Assembly (NCBI GenBank): GCA_963796105.1
Contig: CAWCKJ010000003.1
Coordinates: 608,001-672,000 of the forward strand
Reading direction: 5' to 3'
DNA length: 64,000 bases
Source: a candidate division FCPU426 bacterium
GTDB lineage: Bacteria; Oederibacteriota; Muellerivitia; Muellerivitales; Muellerivitaceae
Position numbers and translations under genes: made by a program. Shown here in pieces: positions 33,698 through 44,173 of the stretch (position 1 is the stretch's first letter; each line of letters starts with the position of its first letter). The notes under the pieces are model-generated. The model was not told the DNA's origin and ran no database searches. It saw nothing but the letters and a program-made list of their open reading frames with translations.

Positions 33698-34759
33698 TTA
33701 AACCGCCTCAACGCCCTTGAGTGCCTTTCCCAAAAATTTGGCCCGTTCCAGGGCTTCCTGCTCCGGGTTAAGCTCCTTTGCCGACAACTTCGTGAGATGC
33801 GCCGGTTGTATTAAGATGAGAAGACTGTTCAAATTTGGCAAGTCGATACCGGTTAATATTTTCTGCTCGATTCCCACCCGAATGGCGGACAACTCGTCCA
33901 AAGCTTCCTGAAGAGAGATTATTTTAGCATTTTTCAAGGTTCCCAGTGCACGGCATATTCGGTCTTGAATCCGAAGCCCCTCCTTCTTGAAAACCGCTTT
34001 TTGGGATTGTTGTTCCACCTCTACCATTTGACGCGCCATACGCTCAACGTGTTCCACGATTTCAAGACCCCTCTTGCCGAGGGAGAACTGGTTTGATATT
34101 TGAAAGAACGCGCTGACCACCTGGGTGGATTCGCCCTGGATTCCCCTAACGGTTAACCCAACCTGGGAAACCCCTTGGAGCACCTGGGCAATACGATTAC
34201 TGTAAGTCAAGGCGGGAAGATGGATCAAAACGCTGGCCCGAAGCGCCAAACCCAGGTTCGTGGGACAGGCTGTCAGATAGCCTAGTTGGGGATCCTTGGC
34301 GTAAGGAAGACGGGCGGCCAATATCCGATCGATCTCCGTCATTTCCTTAAAAGCCTTTTTAAGGCTCAACCCGGTCCGGAAAACCTGAATTCTTAAATGG
34401 TCCTCCTCATTCACGAGAATGCTCAAGCCTAGCTTAGGATCATAAGCCACGGCGCTCTCGCCCAGACTCGCCGCGTGCTCGGCCGAGATCAATTGGTGCT
34501 CAGTCAAGAACTGCCTGTCCAGGGAGGAGATTTCCTTTAACCGGACAAACTTAAGTTCCTGAAATTTCGGCTCGCTTGTCAGGACGCGCTGAACAGCCTC
34601 CAGGATTTCCTTCTGCTCATTCGCGCTGGCATGGTGGGGGAACTTTCGTCCCTCCAGGTTTCGCGCTAGTCGCAATCGGCTTGAGACCACGACCTCCCCC
34701 AAGAGCCCTTCCTGGGTGAACCACTCCCCCTGAGGGGATAAAAGTTCCTCAAACGCCAT
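33698..34759 (-). CDS. mcsB: Protein arginine kinase McsB
   Basis: SSRLRLARN, NEEDHLR, LTACPTNLG, FQISNQ; lies between mcsA and clpC. Confidence 0.93.
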   Translation of the reverse strand: MAFEELLSPQGEWFTQEGLLGEVVVSSRLRLARNLEGRKFPHHASANEQKEILEAVQRVLTSEPKFQELKFVRLKEISSLDRQFLTEHQLISAEHAASLGESAVAYDPKLGLSILVNEEDHLRIQVFRTGLSLKKAFKEMTEIDRILAARLPYAKDPQLGYLTACPTNLGLALRASVLIHLPALTYSNRIAQVLQGVSQVGLTVRGIQGESTQVVSAFFQISNQFSLGKRGLEIVEHVERMARQMVEVEQQSQKAVFKKEGLRIQDRICRALGTLKNAKIISLQEALDELSAIRVGIEQKILTGIDLPNLNSLLILIQPAHLTKLSAKELNPEQEALERAKFLGKALKGVEAV

Positions 34760-34761
34760 GA

Positions 34762-35328
34762 CTATTCCTTTTCCAGCCGTTGGATTTCATCCCTCAATTT
34801 GGCCGCCTCCTCAAACTTTTCTTTTTGAACCGCCTCCTTGAGTTTTTTCCTTAAGGGTGCGATATGGGAATGGTGGGTTGTTTTCGAATCGCCTTCTACC
34901 GTGTTTTCCTCGATGGGGACCTCTGTTTCTTCCTCGGTATGACGGATATTTCCGTGGATGCCGGTAATCAAAGGTTCCAATGTTTCCCGGAAGGATTCAT
35001 AACAATGAGTGCACCCCAGCCTTCCATTGAGGCGGAAAGTGGATAACTGGTAGCCGCATTGAGGGCATTGAACCTGTCCCTCGCTCACAGGCAGAGGAAC
35101 CCTTCCCGCATCCCCTTCAGGGGGACCGGACTGACCCCAGGGCATGAAATTGGAGATAAACTCCGTAAGCGCCGCGAATGGGTTAAAATTCATGGGATTC
35201 AATCCCCCGTAGGCCTGGTTTTGCTCCTGTGCGCAGAACTCACAAAGGTGAGCCTGGGTGGTTTGGTTTCCCACCGTTTGGGATATGAAAACCGTAGCCT
35301 GTCGTTTCCCGCATTTCTGGCAAAGCAT
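34762..35328 (-). CDS. mcsA: McsA activator (CxxC zinc fingers plus UVR domain)
   Basis: MLCQKC, LCEFCA, CPQCG, GRLGCTHCY, EKFEEAAKLRD. Confidence 0.93.
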   Translation of the reverse strand: MLCQKCGKRQATVFISQTVGNQTTQAHLCEFCAQEQNQAYGGLNPMNFNPFAALTEFISNFMPWGQSGPPEGDAGRVPLPVSEGQVQCPQCGYQLSTFRLNGRLGCTHCYESFRETLEPLITGIHGNIRHTEEETEVPIEENTVEGDSKTTHHSHIAPLRKKLKEAVQKEKFEEAAKLRDEIQRLEKE

Positions 35329-35388
35329 TTTCTTACCTCGAAATTTTAGGTTTAAAATAGGGCATAAAACAAAATCCAATCTTTCAGA

Positions 35389-36069
35389 TCATGTTTTTCG
35401 TTTAGTGACCCGTCCGGCATTTAAAGTTAACACGTGATCCGCCCGTTTGGCCAGAGGCTCATAATGAGTCACGACGATAAGGGTCCTGCCCTCCTTCTGG
35501 CAAAGCTCCCAAAGCGCGTCGTGGATCCCCTCGGCCGTCCGGCTATCCAAGTTACCGGTAGGCTCATCCGCCAGGATGATTTCAGGCTCATTCATGACCG
35601 CCCGGCAAACCGCCACCCTTTGTTGTTCCCCACCCGAAAGTTCCCCGGGTTTATGGTTCATCCGCCCCGAAAGGCCCACTTGCACCAGCAGTTTCTTGGC
35701 TCGGATAAGGCAATCCTCATAGGGGCGTCTCCCCACCCGGCCCGGAAGAACAACGTTTTCCAACGCCGTCAGTTCCGGCATTAAATAATGGAACTGGAAA
35801 ACGAACCCAAAGGACTTGTTGCGCAATACCGCCAGTTGTTCCACCGGCATCTCATAAAGGGAATGGGATTTGAAAAAAACCTGGCCCTTAGACGGACTAC
35901 TCAACCCCCCCAAAAGGGTCAAGAGGGTGCTTTTTCCGGAACCCGAGGGGCCTAGGATCACCGTTATGTCCCCCGCGTCCAGGGTAAAGCTGACATCCTG
36001 GAGGGCTTGTACTGTCTCCCCTTCCAGGAAGTAGCTTTTGAAGACATTCTCAACCTTTAAAATTTCCAT
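35389..36069 (-). CDS. lolD: Lipoprotein-releasing ABC transporter ATPase
   Basis: [37 protein letters not shown]. Confidence 0.9.
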   Translation of the reverse strand: MEILKVENVFKSYFLEGETVQALQDVSFTLDAGDITVILGPSGSGKSTLLTLLGGLSSPSKGQVFFKSHSLYEMPVEQLAVLRNKSFGFVFQFHYLMPELTALENVVLPGRVGRRPYEDCLIRAKKLLVQVGLSGRMNHKPGELSGGEQQRVAVCRAVMNEPEIILADEPTGNLDSRTAEGIHDALWELCQKEGRTLIVVTHYEPLAKRADHVLTLNAGRVTKRKT

Positions 36070-36083
36070 TCAACCCTTCCCGA

Positions 36084-37337
36084 TCATCCTAAACGGATGG
36101 CATCCACCGGCTCCAGCTTGGCCGCTTGCCTAGCGGGATAAAGCGTGGCAATAAAACAAAGCAATACCGACATGATAGGAATGATAAAGAAATTGACCCG
36201 AGGATCCACTTTGACAGGCAGACGGTCAATGTAATAGACCATCCCCCCTCCCGGCATGGGAATGGGCACGCGAGCGATGATCTCGCAGAGAATATGGCCC
36301 CCGAGGAGCCCGAAAAGAATGCCGATTACGCCGATGAACATCCCCTCGAAAATAAAAATAAAGGTGATGCTTCGGTGTGTGCCGCCCATGGCCTTCAGGA
36401 TGCCGATCTCTTTCGTCTTTTCGATAACCATCATGGTCAGGGGATTCACGATGTTCAGAGCCGCCACCAGCACGATTAAAGAGAGAATGATTCCCATGAC
36501 CCATTTTTCGGTCTGCAGTGCCACGAAGAGGTTGCGGTTCATTTGAAGCCAGTCCTGGACGAAATACTTGCCGTGGTACTTTTCCCGGATTTCCTTCGCC
36601 AGCGCCGGGGCCAGGTCCACATTGTCCACCTTGACCGCGACCCCCGTGACGTTATCCTCCAGCTGGTACATTTTCCTTCCGTTTTCAAGTGAAACATAGG
36701 TATAGGCCGAATCGTAGTCGTACATGCCGGTGGATAATATCCCCACCACCTGGTATTTCAAGCTCTTGGGCATCATGCCAAGTGGGGTGGCTTGAAGAAT
36801 GGGAAGGAATAGCACCAAATCATCCCCCACGGCCACATGGAGACGCTGGGCCAGTTCCGAACCCAGGAAAATCCTCTCCGACCTGCCGGATGCCGTGTCA
36901 GGGGGGCTTTTTAAATCGACTGCCTTCGCTTCCCATAAATACTTGTTCAAGTCGGCGATGGCTTGCGGCGCGTCGGGATCAACCCCCCAGACCATCACAC
37001 CCAATGAACGTTCCTTGGATCGGGCAAGCGCCTGCCCCTCCACGTAAGGGCCGACCGCGGTCACATGATCCATCTGGCGGATGGTTTGAGTGATTTGGTC
37101 GTAATCACCCAGGGGATGGTTCTGATATCCGGAGACAATAATATGGGCGTTCAATCCAATGATTTTGGCCTTTAAGTCCTCGTCAAACCCGTTCATGACC
37201 GAAAGAACCACGTTTAAAGCCATGACTCCGATGGCTACGCCCGCCACCGAAATCCACGTCAATATGGATATGGCGGTTCGCTTGCGTTTGGAACGCAGGT
37301 AACGCAGGCCTAGGAATATTTCAAATGGCAGGTTCAT
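36084..37337 (-). CDS. lolE: Lipoprotein-releasing ABC transporter permease (LolC/E)
   Basis: LRYLRSKR, VLSVMNGF, EKTKEIGILKAMG, YPARQAAKLEP. Confidence 0.9.
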   Translation of the reverse strand: MNLPFEIFLGLRYLRSKRKRTAISILTWISVAGVAIGVMALNVVLSVMNGFDEDLKAKIIGLNAHIIVSGYQNHPLGDYDQITQTIRQMDHVTAVGPYVEGQALARSKERSLGVMVWGVDPDAPQAIADLNKYLWEAKAVDLKSPPDTASGRSERIFLGSELAQRLHVAVGDDLVLFLPILQATPLGMMPKSLKYQVVGILSTGMYDYDSAYTYVSLENGRKMYQLEDNVTGVAVKVDNVDLAPALAKEIREKYHGKYFVQDWLQMNRNLFVALQTEKWVMGIILSLIVLVAALNIVNPLTMMVIEKTKEIGILKAMGGTHRSITFIFIFEGMFIGVIGILFGLLGGHILCEIIARVPIPMPGGGMVYYIDRLPVKVDPRVNFFIIPIMSVLLCFIATLYPARQAAKLEPVDAIRLG

Positions 37338-37384
37338 CGCTGTTTTTCCGGTTTCTCCACTCCCGTCGCGGGGAGGAATCGTCT

Positions 37385-38896
37385 TCAACTATCAAAAGTC
37401 ATTTTTTCCTCATCATCCCTTTGACGAAGAAGGGGGAAAAGAATGATGTCCCGGATCGAGGGGCTATTCGTCAATAGCATCAGGAGCCGGTCAATCCCGA
37501 TTCCCACACCTCCCGCGGGAGGCATTCCATAAGAGAGAGCGAGAATATAATCCTCGTCCAGGTACATTCCTTCCTCGTCCCCCGCCTTGCGAAGCTCCAC
37601 TTGCTTCTCAAATCGCCGGCGCTGGTCCATTGGGTCATTCAACTCTGAAAAACCATTCGCGATCTCCCTGCCCATTACAAAAAGCTCAAATCTCTCTGTC
37701 AAAGCCGGATTCTCCGCCTTGGACTTGGCCAATGGGGAAACCTCCACGGGAAAATCCGTGATAAAGGTGGGCTGGACCAGCTTAGATTCGACCAATTCCC
37801 CGAAAAGAATGTAGGCCAGCTCGGCTTTGGACAACGAACCGATATGCCGGACATTAGCGGGCGAATTCTGGACCCTTTTCCTCAATTCCTCCATCGTGGA
37901 TTTCTCATAGTCCAATCCGCCGATTTCCGCCAAACCTTGGAGTAGGGGAAGGCGTTTGAATGGAGCCGTGAAGTCGATATCGACATCCCCCACTTTGATC
38001 GTGAGATTCTGTCCTGACGCCTGGACTCCCTCCGAGATGACCTTTTCCGTCAAAGCCATGGCAGTATCGATATTGCCGTAGGCTTGGTAAGCCTCCATCA
38101 TGGTGAACTCGGGATTATGCTGGATGCTGATGCCTTCGTTTCGAAAACTGCGGTTGATCTCATAGACCCTCTCGAACCCACCCACTAGCAAGCGCTTCAA
38201 GTAAAGTTCAGGGGCGATTCTCATGAACAAGTTCATGTCCAAGGCGTTATGGTGGGTCGCGAAAGGCTTGGCCGCGGCGCCGCCCGGAATGGGGTGAAGC
38301 ATAGGGGTTTCAACCTCCAGGAATCCCTGGGAATCCATATATCTGCGGATGGCGGCCACTACTTTGGAACGTGTCTCAAAGGTCTTGCGGACATCCTCAT
38401 TAACGATCAAGTCCACATAACGGTGCCGGTATCTGGCTTCCACGTCGGTAAGACCGTGCCATTTTTCCGGGAGAGGATGAAGGGCCTTGGAAAGGATAAG
38501 GAAGGATTCCACATGGATAGTCACTTCCCCGGTTCTAGTCTTGAAGGGAAATCCCTTGACCCCGATGATGTCTCCCATTTCCAGCAGGCCGAATACCTGG
38601 TAGGCATTTTCTCCGACCGCGTCAAGCTTCGTGTAAATCTGGATTCTGCCCTTCGCGTCCTGAAGATGGGCGAAGGCGCTCTTGCCGTGCCCTCGGATGG
38701 TCATCATCCGCCCAGCCACAGAAACTTTTTCCAACTCTTTGTGGTCGCCCGGCTGCAAATCCTGGTAGTGGCCTATGATGTCTAGGGAATGATGGGTTTG
38801 TTCGAAGGCCTCCGAAGGGTACGGATTGATCCCTTTGTCCTTGAGCGCCTTCAGCTTTTCCAATCGGATTTTGATGAACTCATTCAGTTCTGGCAT
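37385..38896 (-). CDS. lysS: Lysine--tRNA ligase (class II)
   Basis: PLPEKWHGL, RIAPELYLKRL, FRNEG, YGMPPAGGVGIGIDRL. Confidence 0.98.
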   Translation of the reverse strand: MPELNEFIKIRLEKLKALKDKGINPYPSEAFEQTHHSLDIIGHYQDLQPGDHKELEKVSVAGRMMTIRGHGKSAFAHLQDAKGRIQIYTKLDAVGENAYQVFGLLEMGDIIGVKGFPFKTRTGEVTIHVESFLILSKALHPLPEKWHGLTDVEARYRHRYVDLIVNEDVRKTFETRSKVVAAIRRYMDSQGFLEVETPMLHPIPGGAAAKPFATHHNALDMNLFMRIAPELYLKRLLVGGFERVYEINRSFRNEGISIQHNPEFTMMEAYQAYGNIDTAMALTEKVISEGVQASGQNLTIKVGDVDIDFTAPFKRLPLLQGLAEIGGLDYEKSTMEELRKRVQNSPANVRHIGSLSKAELAYILFGELVESKLVQPTFITDFPVEVSPLAKSKAENPALTERFELFVMGREIANGFSELNDPMDQRRRFEKQVELRKAGDEEGMYLDEDYILALSYGMPPAGGVGIGIDRLLMLLTNSPSIRDIILFPLLRQRDDEEKMTFDS

Positions 38897-38975
38897 AATC
38901 TTCTTTCTCCTCTAAATCCCGCAATACAAAAACAATTAGCAAAAAAACTGAAAGCATAGCTCATTCGAATTTTAA

Positions 38976-40077
38976 TTAATTCGAATTAACCCTATTATCT
39001 TTTAAAGCCGCCTCGATGAATGGATCTAAATCCCCATCCATGACTCTGGCGATATCGCCCACTTCCATTTCGGTCCGGTGGTCCTTCACCATCTGATAAG
39101 GCTGGAAAACATAGGAGCGGATTTGGCTTCCCCATTCTATTTTTTTCTTGGAACCGGCCACCTTGGCCATTTCCTCGTCGTGGAGATCCTGGTAATGCTG
39201 GAAAAGCCTCGCCTTCAGCATTTTCATGGCTTGCTCGCGGTTTTGAAACTGGGAGCGTTGGGTCTGGCAGGCAACGATGATGTTGGTGGGAATATGGGTT
39301 AAGCGGACCGCCGTCTCAACCTTATTGACATTCTGCCCCCCCTTGCCGCCTGAGCGGAATGTGTCCAGTTTGATGTCATCCGGGTTAATCTCGAATTCCA
39401 CATCCTCCACCTCGGGCATGACATCCACCGAAGAGAAGGAGGTATGCCTCCTTTTATTGGCGTCAAACGGTGAAATCCTCACAAGCCGATGGACCCCTTT
39501 TTCCACCTTAAGGAGGCCGTAAGCCCAAGGTCCCTTGACCAGCAGGGAGACTGATTTGATCCCGGCTTCATCCGCGACCTGATGGTCAAGGGTTTCAACT
39601 TCAAAACCCTTGTTTTCCATCCACCGAAGGTACATCCGAAGCAGCATTTGAGCCCAGTCCTGGCTTTCGGTGCCGCCGGCGCCAGGATGAATGGAAACAT
39701 AGGCGTTATTAAAATCGTATTTACCGGTAAAATTGCGTTTGAGCTCGATTTTGCTGAAATCCTCGTCGAATTTCCTCTGGCTTTGCTTTAATTCGGCGAG
39801 AAGGGCGTCATCATGCTGTTCCTTGAGCAATTCCTGGTAGGTAAGTAAATCTTGGTACTGCTTCTGGAAATCCTCAAACAACCCAAGATTATCTTTTAAT
39901 CGTGAGATTTTACCGGTTATTTCCTTGGCTTCCTGGGTATTATTCCAGAAATCAGGCTGGGTGGTTTGTTCTTCCAGCGTAGTTATGTCCCGCTTGAGTT
40001 TAGCGGGGTCAAAGATAATCCCTCACTTCGGTGAATTTTCTCTCCAAGGACTTGACGTCCAGTTCGAATAACGCCAA
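38976..40077 (-). CDS. prfB: Peptide chain release factor 2 with programmed +1 frameshift
   Basis: GGQ and SPF motifs. A short first frame (TTG 40077...EVRDYL) ends in CTT TGA C at 40014-40008, preceded by the SD-like AGGGA. Confidence 0.97.
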
Positions 40078-40258
40078 TCCAACCACCACCCTTCCAAGAA
40101 AAATCTGCGGTCCCGCAGGGGGGAACGCCCTTAAATGGCTTTTAAGAAAGGACAGGATATAGTACCCATTCCCATAAAACACTAAAAAAACAGCCAATTA
40201 GAACCCCTTGATCAGGGCAAAGTCTCCGAAAGCGCGTGAACTTCAAACTTCTGATTGA

Positions 40259-40287
40259 TTGACAGTCCTAAAGCTCTACCCTAAACT
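40259..40287 (+). promoter_or_regulatory. Sigma70-type promoter upstream of pheT
   Basis: TTGACA-17 nt-TAAACT. Confidence 0.6.
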
Positions 40288-40334
40288 TTCTCAATTCTCG
40301 CGTTTTTTAGCGCTTTTCTATTACAAGGACTGTC

Positions 40335-42746
40335 ATGCTGATCTCCTACCAATGGTTGAAAAATTATATCGATTGTCTTGAACCGCTCGAAACAATCGCC
40401 TCACGGCTTACACAAACAGGCACCGATGTCGCTAAGATCCAAGCGCTGGGAAAGGATATTAACAGGGTCATTGTCGCGGAACTTCTGGCTGTCGAAAAAC
40501 ACCCTCAGGCTGACCGTCTTTCCCTCACCAAGGTCACGGACGGTAAGGAAACTTTCCAGGTGGTTTGCGGCGCCAAGAATATAGCCCCAGGACAAAAGGT
40601 ACCCCTCGCCAAGGTTGGAGCGGTTCTACCCGGCAATTTCGAGATTAAAGCCGCGAAAATAAGGGGAATAGAATCATTCGGCATGCTTTGCTCCGCCAAG
40701 GAATTAGGAATTGCCGAAGACGCGGAGGGAATTCTGATTCTCCCTCAAGACGCTCCGCTCGGGGCGGATTTTACTCAATACATGGGTTTTCCGGATTTTT
40801 TACTCGAATTAGAGATTACTCCCAATCGGCCCGACCTTCTCAGCCATCTGGGTGTGGCGCGGGAGTTGGGGGCTATCTTTCACCGGAAAATCAAGCCACC
40901 CCCAATCAAGAAACTGCCTGAAAACAATATTAAAAGCGCTAAGCTGGCCAGCGTCACAATCCAAGCCCCTGATCTCTGCCGCCAATACGCCTGCAGAATC
41001 ATTAATGGAATCCAAGTCGGACCTTCCCCACGTTGGCTTTCCCAAGCGCTTGAAAAACTGGGGCAGCGTTCCATCAATAACATAGTGGATGTCACCAATT
41101 ACGTCATGATGGAAATGGGACAGCCCATGCACGCCTTTGACCTCGACCAATTGAGAGGTTCCCAAATCATCGTGAGAAAAGCCACCGAGGGAGAAAAGAT
41201 TCCTCTTCTGGACAATACTGAAAAAACCTTGAGCCAGGATATGCTGGTGATCGCGGACGCGGAAAGGCCCGTGGCTTTGGCCGGCGTCATGGGCGGAAGC
41301 AATTCACAAGTAACCGGGAATACCCGAAACATTCTTTTGGAATCGGCGTATTTTATTCCCGGCAGTGTCCGCAAGACCGCCAGAAAGCTTGGGCTGTCAA
41401 CCGATTCTTCTTATCGATTCGAGCGGGGGGTGGATCCCCAGGGGATTCTGCCGGCGCTGAACCGGGCGGCGGAATTGGTCTTAAAGGTGGGCGGTGGCAC
41501 CCTGGCCAAAGGTGTTCTTTCTCCCACCGTAAAACTTATTCAAACACCCAAGATCCAATTCAGGCCGAAGCGATGTGATCAGATTCTCGGCGTTCAAACT
41601 CCGGCCAAGACTCAAATCCAATTGCTAAAAGACCTGGGCTGCCGTTTAAAGGGCGCCAATACCGCCAAATCCTTTCAAGTCTTCCCCCCCAGTTCGAGAG
41701 TGGACCTAACGCGTGAAATCGATTTGATTGAGGAAATCGCGCGGCTCCAGGGTTATAACCGGATTATCTCCACCCCTCCCCGCATCCCGGCGAATCTTTC
41801 AAACATTGATCAAACACCCTGTCAGGATAAACAAATCCGGTTTCTTTTCCAGCAAGCGGGACTGAATGAGGCTGTTAATTCCTCATTCCTTCCAGAGGAA
41901 TTCGCCGCGAAATTAGGCCTCCCGGAGACTCACCCGCTCTGTCAGTTCCAAAAGGTCCAGAATCCAATCGCGGAGGATCAGAAAGTTTTGCGGCCTTCTT
42001 TGCTTCCTTCATTATTGGCCAATGCCCAACTGAACTTTTCCCGGCAGCAGGAACAAGTCGGTCTATATGAGATCAACAAGGTGTTCCGCTTGGAAGGCGG
42101 AGCGCATGTTCAAGAGCGGATTTTCGCGGCGGCGATTCTTGCCGGCCTTTCTGATCTTCCGGCGTGGTTCCAAACCGGGCGGCCGGCCGATTTCCATGAC
42201 ATAAAGGGATTAGCCGAAAACGTCCTGTCTTTATGCCGCGCGGAAGGGGTTCAATGGGTGTTTGGCGCTCTTAGTTCTCCCTATTGGACGCCGGAAAGCT
42301 TTGAGGTGAATGGCCCCGATGGAAAATCCATCCTATGCGGCGGCTTATTGAGCCCAAAGGTCCTGAAAACCTTTGATCTCCCCTTGAGCACTCTCGCTTT
42401 GGAAATCGACTTGACGAATCTTAGCCAACTACCCTCTCCCCCGCCGAAATACGTTCCCCTCCCTAAGTATCCGGGAGCCTGGAGGGACATTGCCCTGGTA
42501 GTGCCCGATGGTGTAACATCAGGCCAGGTTACAGAAGCGATTCGGGGCCTCCGAATCGCCGGATTAAATACCGTATCACTCTTTGATCTTTACCGGGGAA
42601 CCGGTGTTGCCCCGGGCCGAAGAAGCCTGGCTTACCGTCTTTATTTCCGGGACGAGGAAAGAACCCTCACGGACTTGGAAATGACGGAAAAAGTAGGACA
42701 AATCGTGGCAAGTTTGAAGGAGAGGTTTTCCATTGAACTCCGATGA
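40335..42746 (+). CDS. pheT: Phenylalanine--tRNA ligase beta subunit
   Basis: HPQADRL, VVCGAKN, GMLCS, ITPNRPD, RFERGVD, DLIEEIAR, FDLYRG. Confidence 0.98.
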   Translation: MLISYQWLKNYIDCLEPLETIASRLTQTGTDVAKIQALGKDINRVIVAELLAVEKHPQADRLSLTKVTDGKETFQVVCGAKNIAPGQKVPLAKVGAVLPGNFEIKAAKIRGIESFGMLCSAKELGIAEDAEGILILPQDAPLGADFTQYMGFPDFLLELEITPNRPDLLSHLGVARELGAIFHRKIKPPPIKKLPENNIKSAKLASVTIQAPDLCRQYACRIINGIQVGPSPRWLSQALEKLGQRSINNIVDVTNYVMMEMGQPMHAFDLDQLRGSQIIVRKATEGEKIPLLDNTEKTLSQDMLVIADAERPVALAGVMGGSNSQVTGNTRNILLESAYFIPGSVRKTARKLGLSTDSSYRFERGVDPQGILPALNRAAELVLKVGGGTLAKGVLSPTVKLIQTPKIQFRPKRCDQILGVQTPAKTQIQLLKDLGCRLKGANTAKSFQVFPPSSRVDLTREIDLIEEIARLQGYNRIISTPPRIPANLSNIDQTPCQDKQIRFLFQQAGLNEAVNSSFLPEEFAAKLGLPETHPLCQFQKVQNPIAEDQKVLRPSLLPSLLANAQLNFSRQQEQVGLYEINKVFRLEGGAHVQERIFAAAILAGLSDLPAWFQTGRPADFHDIKGLAENVLSLCRAEGVQWVFGALSSPYWTPESFEVNGPDGKSILCGGLLSPKVLKTFDLPLSTLALEIDLTNLSQLPSPPPKYVPLPKYPGAWRDIALVVPDGVTSGQVTEAIRGLRIAGLNTVSLFDLYRGTGVAPGRRSLAYRLYFRDEERTLTDLEMTEKVGQIVASLKERFSIELR

Positions 42747-43053
42747 ATTGTTTGCCTATACCCCTGATCCCCAGGCCCAATGGCTTGGTTTGGAAAAAAG
42801 AATTAACCTTCTCCTGGAGGGAATCGTGCAGTTGAGGAACGCCAACGCCCTCCTCATGAAGGAAAATGTGTTGTTGAAGAACCAGTTGAAAGATAAAAGC
42901 GGAGATCCATCCGAGGAGGATTTTCAAAAACTCAGGAAACAATACGATGGAGCCCTGGAGGACCTTAAGAACGTAAAACAGAACCTTCAACGTATTGAAG
43001 TGTTAGCGGCGGAGCTAAAGCTGGAAGAAGCTCAAAACATTCCCGAAGGGTGA
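42733..43053 (+). CDS. Coiled-coil protein, ZapB-like by position
   Basis: Heptad pattern (LEKRINLLLEGIVQLRNANALL); located between pheT and zapA. Confidence 0.65.
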   Translation: MNSDELFAYTPDPQAQWLGLEKRINLLLEGIVQLRNANALLMKENVLLKNQLKDKSGDPSEEDFQKLRKQYDGALEDLKNVKQNLQRIEVLAAELKLEEAQNIPEG

Positions 43054-43055
43054 AA

Positions 43056-43937
43056 ATGGCCGAGAAAAAATCAGTCACAGTCAATATCTATGGTAACGAA
43101 TATACCCTTAAGGGCGAGGCGGACCCGCAGTACATCGCCGAACTAGCCAAGTTCGTGGACGGCAAGATGGCGGAGATCGGGAAGAAATCCTCAGCCCCTG
43201 CCGCGAAAGTCGCAATCCTGGCGGCCATGAATCTTGCCGATGAGATGCACAGGCTGGAAAAATCCAAGGCCGAGAACCTCAAGCTGATTGAAACCCTTGA
43301 AAAAAATCTTCTGGAAATGAAAAAATCCTCCGACGGATCCCTGAAGCACACCCTGGAACTCAAGGAACAGGTCGACCGTTTTAAGGTGGATGCCGGGGAA
43401 AACACTAAATTGGCTGACGAGTCGAAAAAGCTCAAGAAGGAACGCGACGAAGCCCTTCAGAAGCGCGAGGAGCTCACTAAGGAATTGACCCGTTTGAAGG
43501 GGGATCTTCAGGAACTAAAGCCGGAGTTATTGGAACTCCAGGTAAACCTGGAGGCCGAGAAGGAAAAGAGCCAAGAAAGCCTGGAGGAGGTGGAGCGGTT
43601 AAAGGCAGCTTTAAGCGAAACCCAGGTCGATCCTAATATGCCCCAAGAAATGGAACTTTTGAAAAAGGAACTTCAAGACCTCAAGCTGGAAATGGAAGAC
43701 CTGCGCAAAAACCTGGAAAGCGAAAAAGGGAAATCCAAGGAAGCACAAGAAGAAGCGGTTCGACTGAAGGCGGAGTTAAGCGAATCCCAGTCCGAGCTGG
43801 AAATGGCGATGGAGGATATTGAGAAAGCCAAAACGGCTCCGGCGCCAGCGCTTCCCCAAAACGCTCCCTCTTTATTACCTGCCAACGAGAAGTTACAAGC
43901 GTTATTCCGGAAAATAGACGCCGTTTTGGAATTATAG
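43056..43937 (+). CDS. zapA: Cell division protein ZapA with a long coiled-coil extension
   Basis: VTVNIYGNEY...AKFVDGKM...VAILAAMNLADE ZapA domain, followed by ~210 aa of coiled coil. Confidence 0.85.
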   Translation: MAEKKSVTVNIYGNEYTLKGEADPQYIAELAKFVDGKMAEIGKKSSAPAAKVAILAAMNLADEMHRLEKSKAENLKLIETLEKNLLEMKKSSDGSLKHTLELKEQVDRFKVDAGENTKLADESKKLKKERDEALQKREELTKELTRLKGDLQELKPELLELQVNLEAEKEKSQESLEEVERLKAALSETQVDPNMPQEMELLKKELQDLKLEMEDLRKNLESEKGKSKEAQEEAVRLKAELSESQSELEMAMEDIEKAKTAPAPALPQNAPSLLPANEKLQALFRKIDAVLEL

Positions 43938-43973
43938 AGCCCCACGGGCCAAGCCCGCGGTACCAATATTAAC

Positions 43974-44118
43974 CCACCTTCGCTAAAGCTTCGGTTGGTT
44001 TCCACCCATCTGCTTCTGTGAACATCCACCGTAGCCCAATCCCATTCACCAACGAGCATGGCCTGCGGCTTGCCTTCTATAGCTTTAGCATAGAAGGGAT
44101 ACTCTGGCGAAGGCGGAT
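43974..44118. repeat. Structured intergenic element, copy 1 (second copy at 54790-54946)
   Basis: Shared blocks GAACATCCACCGTAGCCC, GGCTTGCC, ATAGCTTTA, GGGATACTCTGGC.AAGGCGGAT. Confidence 0.8.
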
Positions 44119-44173
44119 GGAATCAGCGTGTTATCCTCAACAACCAAAAACCCGAAATCGAATTTTCCCTCGG

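Noticed and set aside
40009..40197. Independent 62-aa gene
   Set aside because: Its 3' part is the first frame of prfB.
43938..44173. 6S RNA directly after zapA
   Set aside because: This sequence is a two-copy repeat; the better 6S candidate is at 47082-47260.
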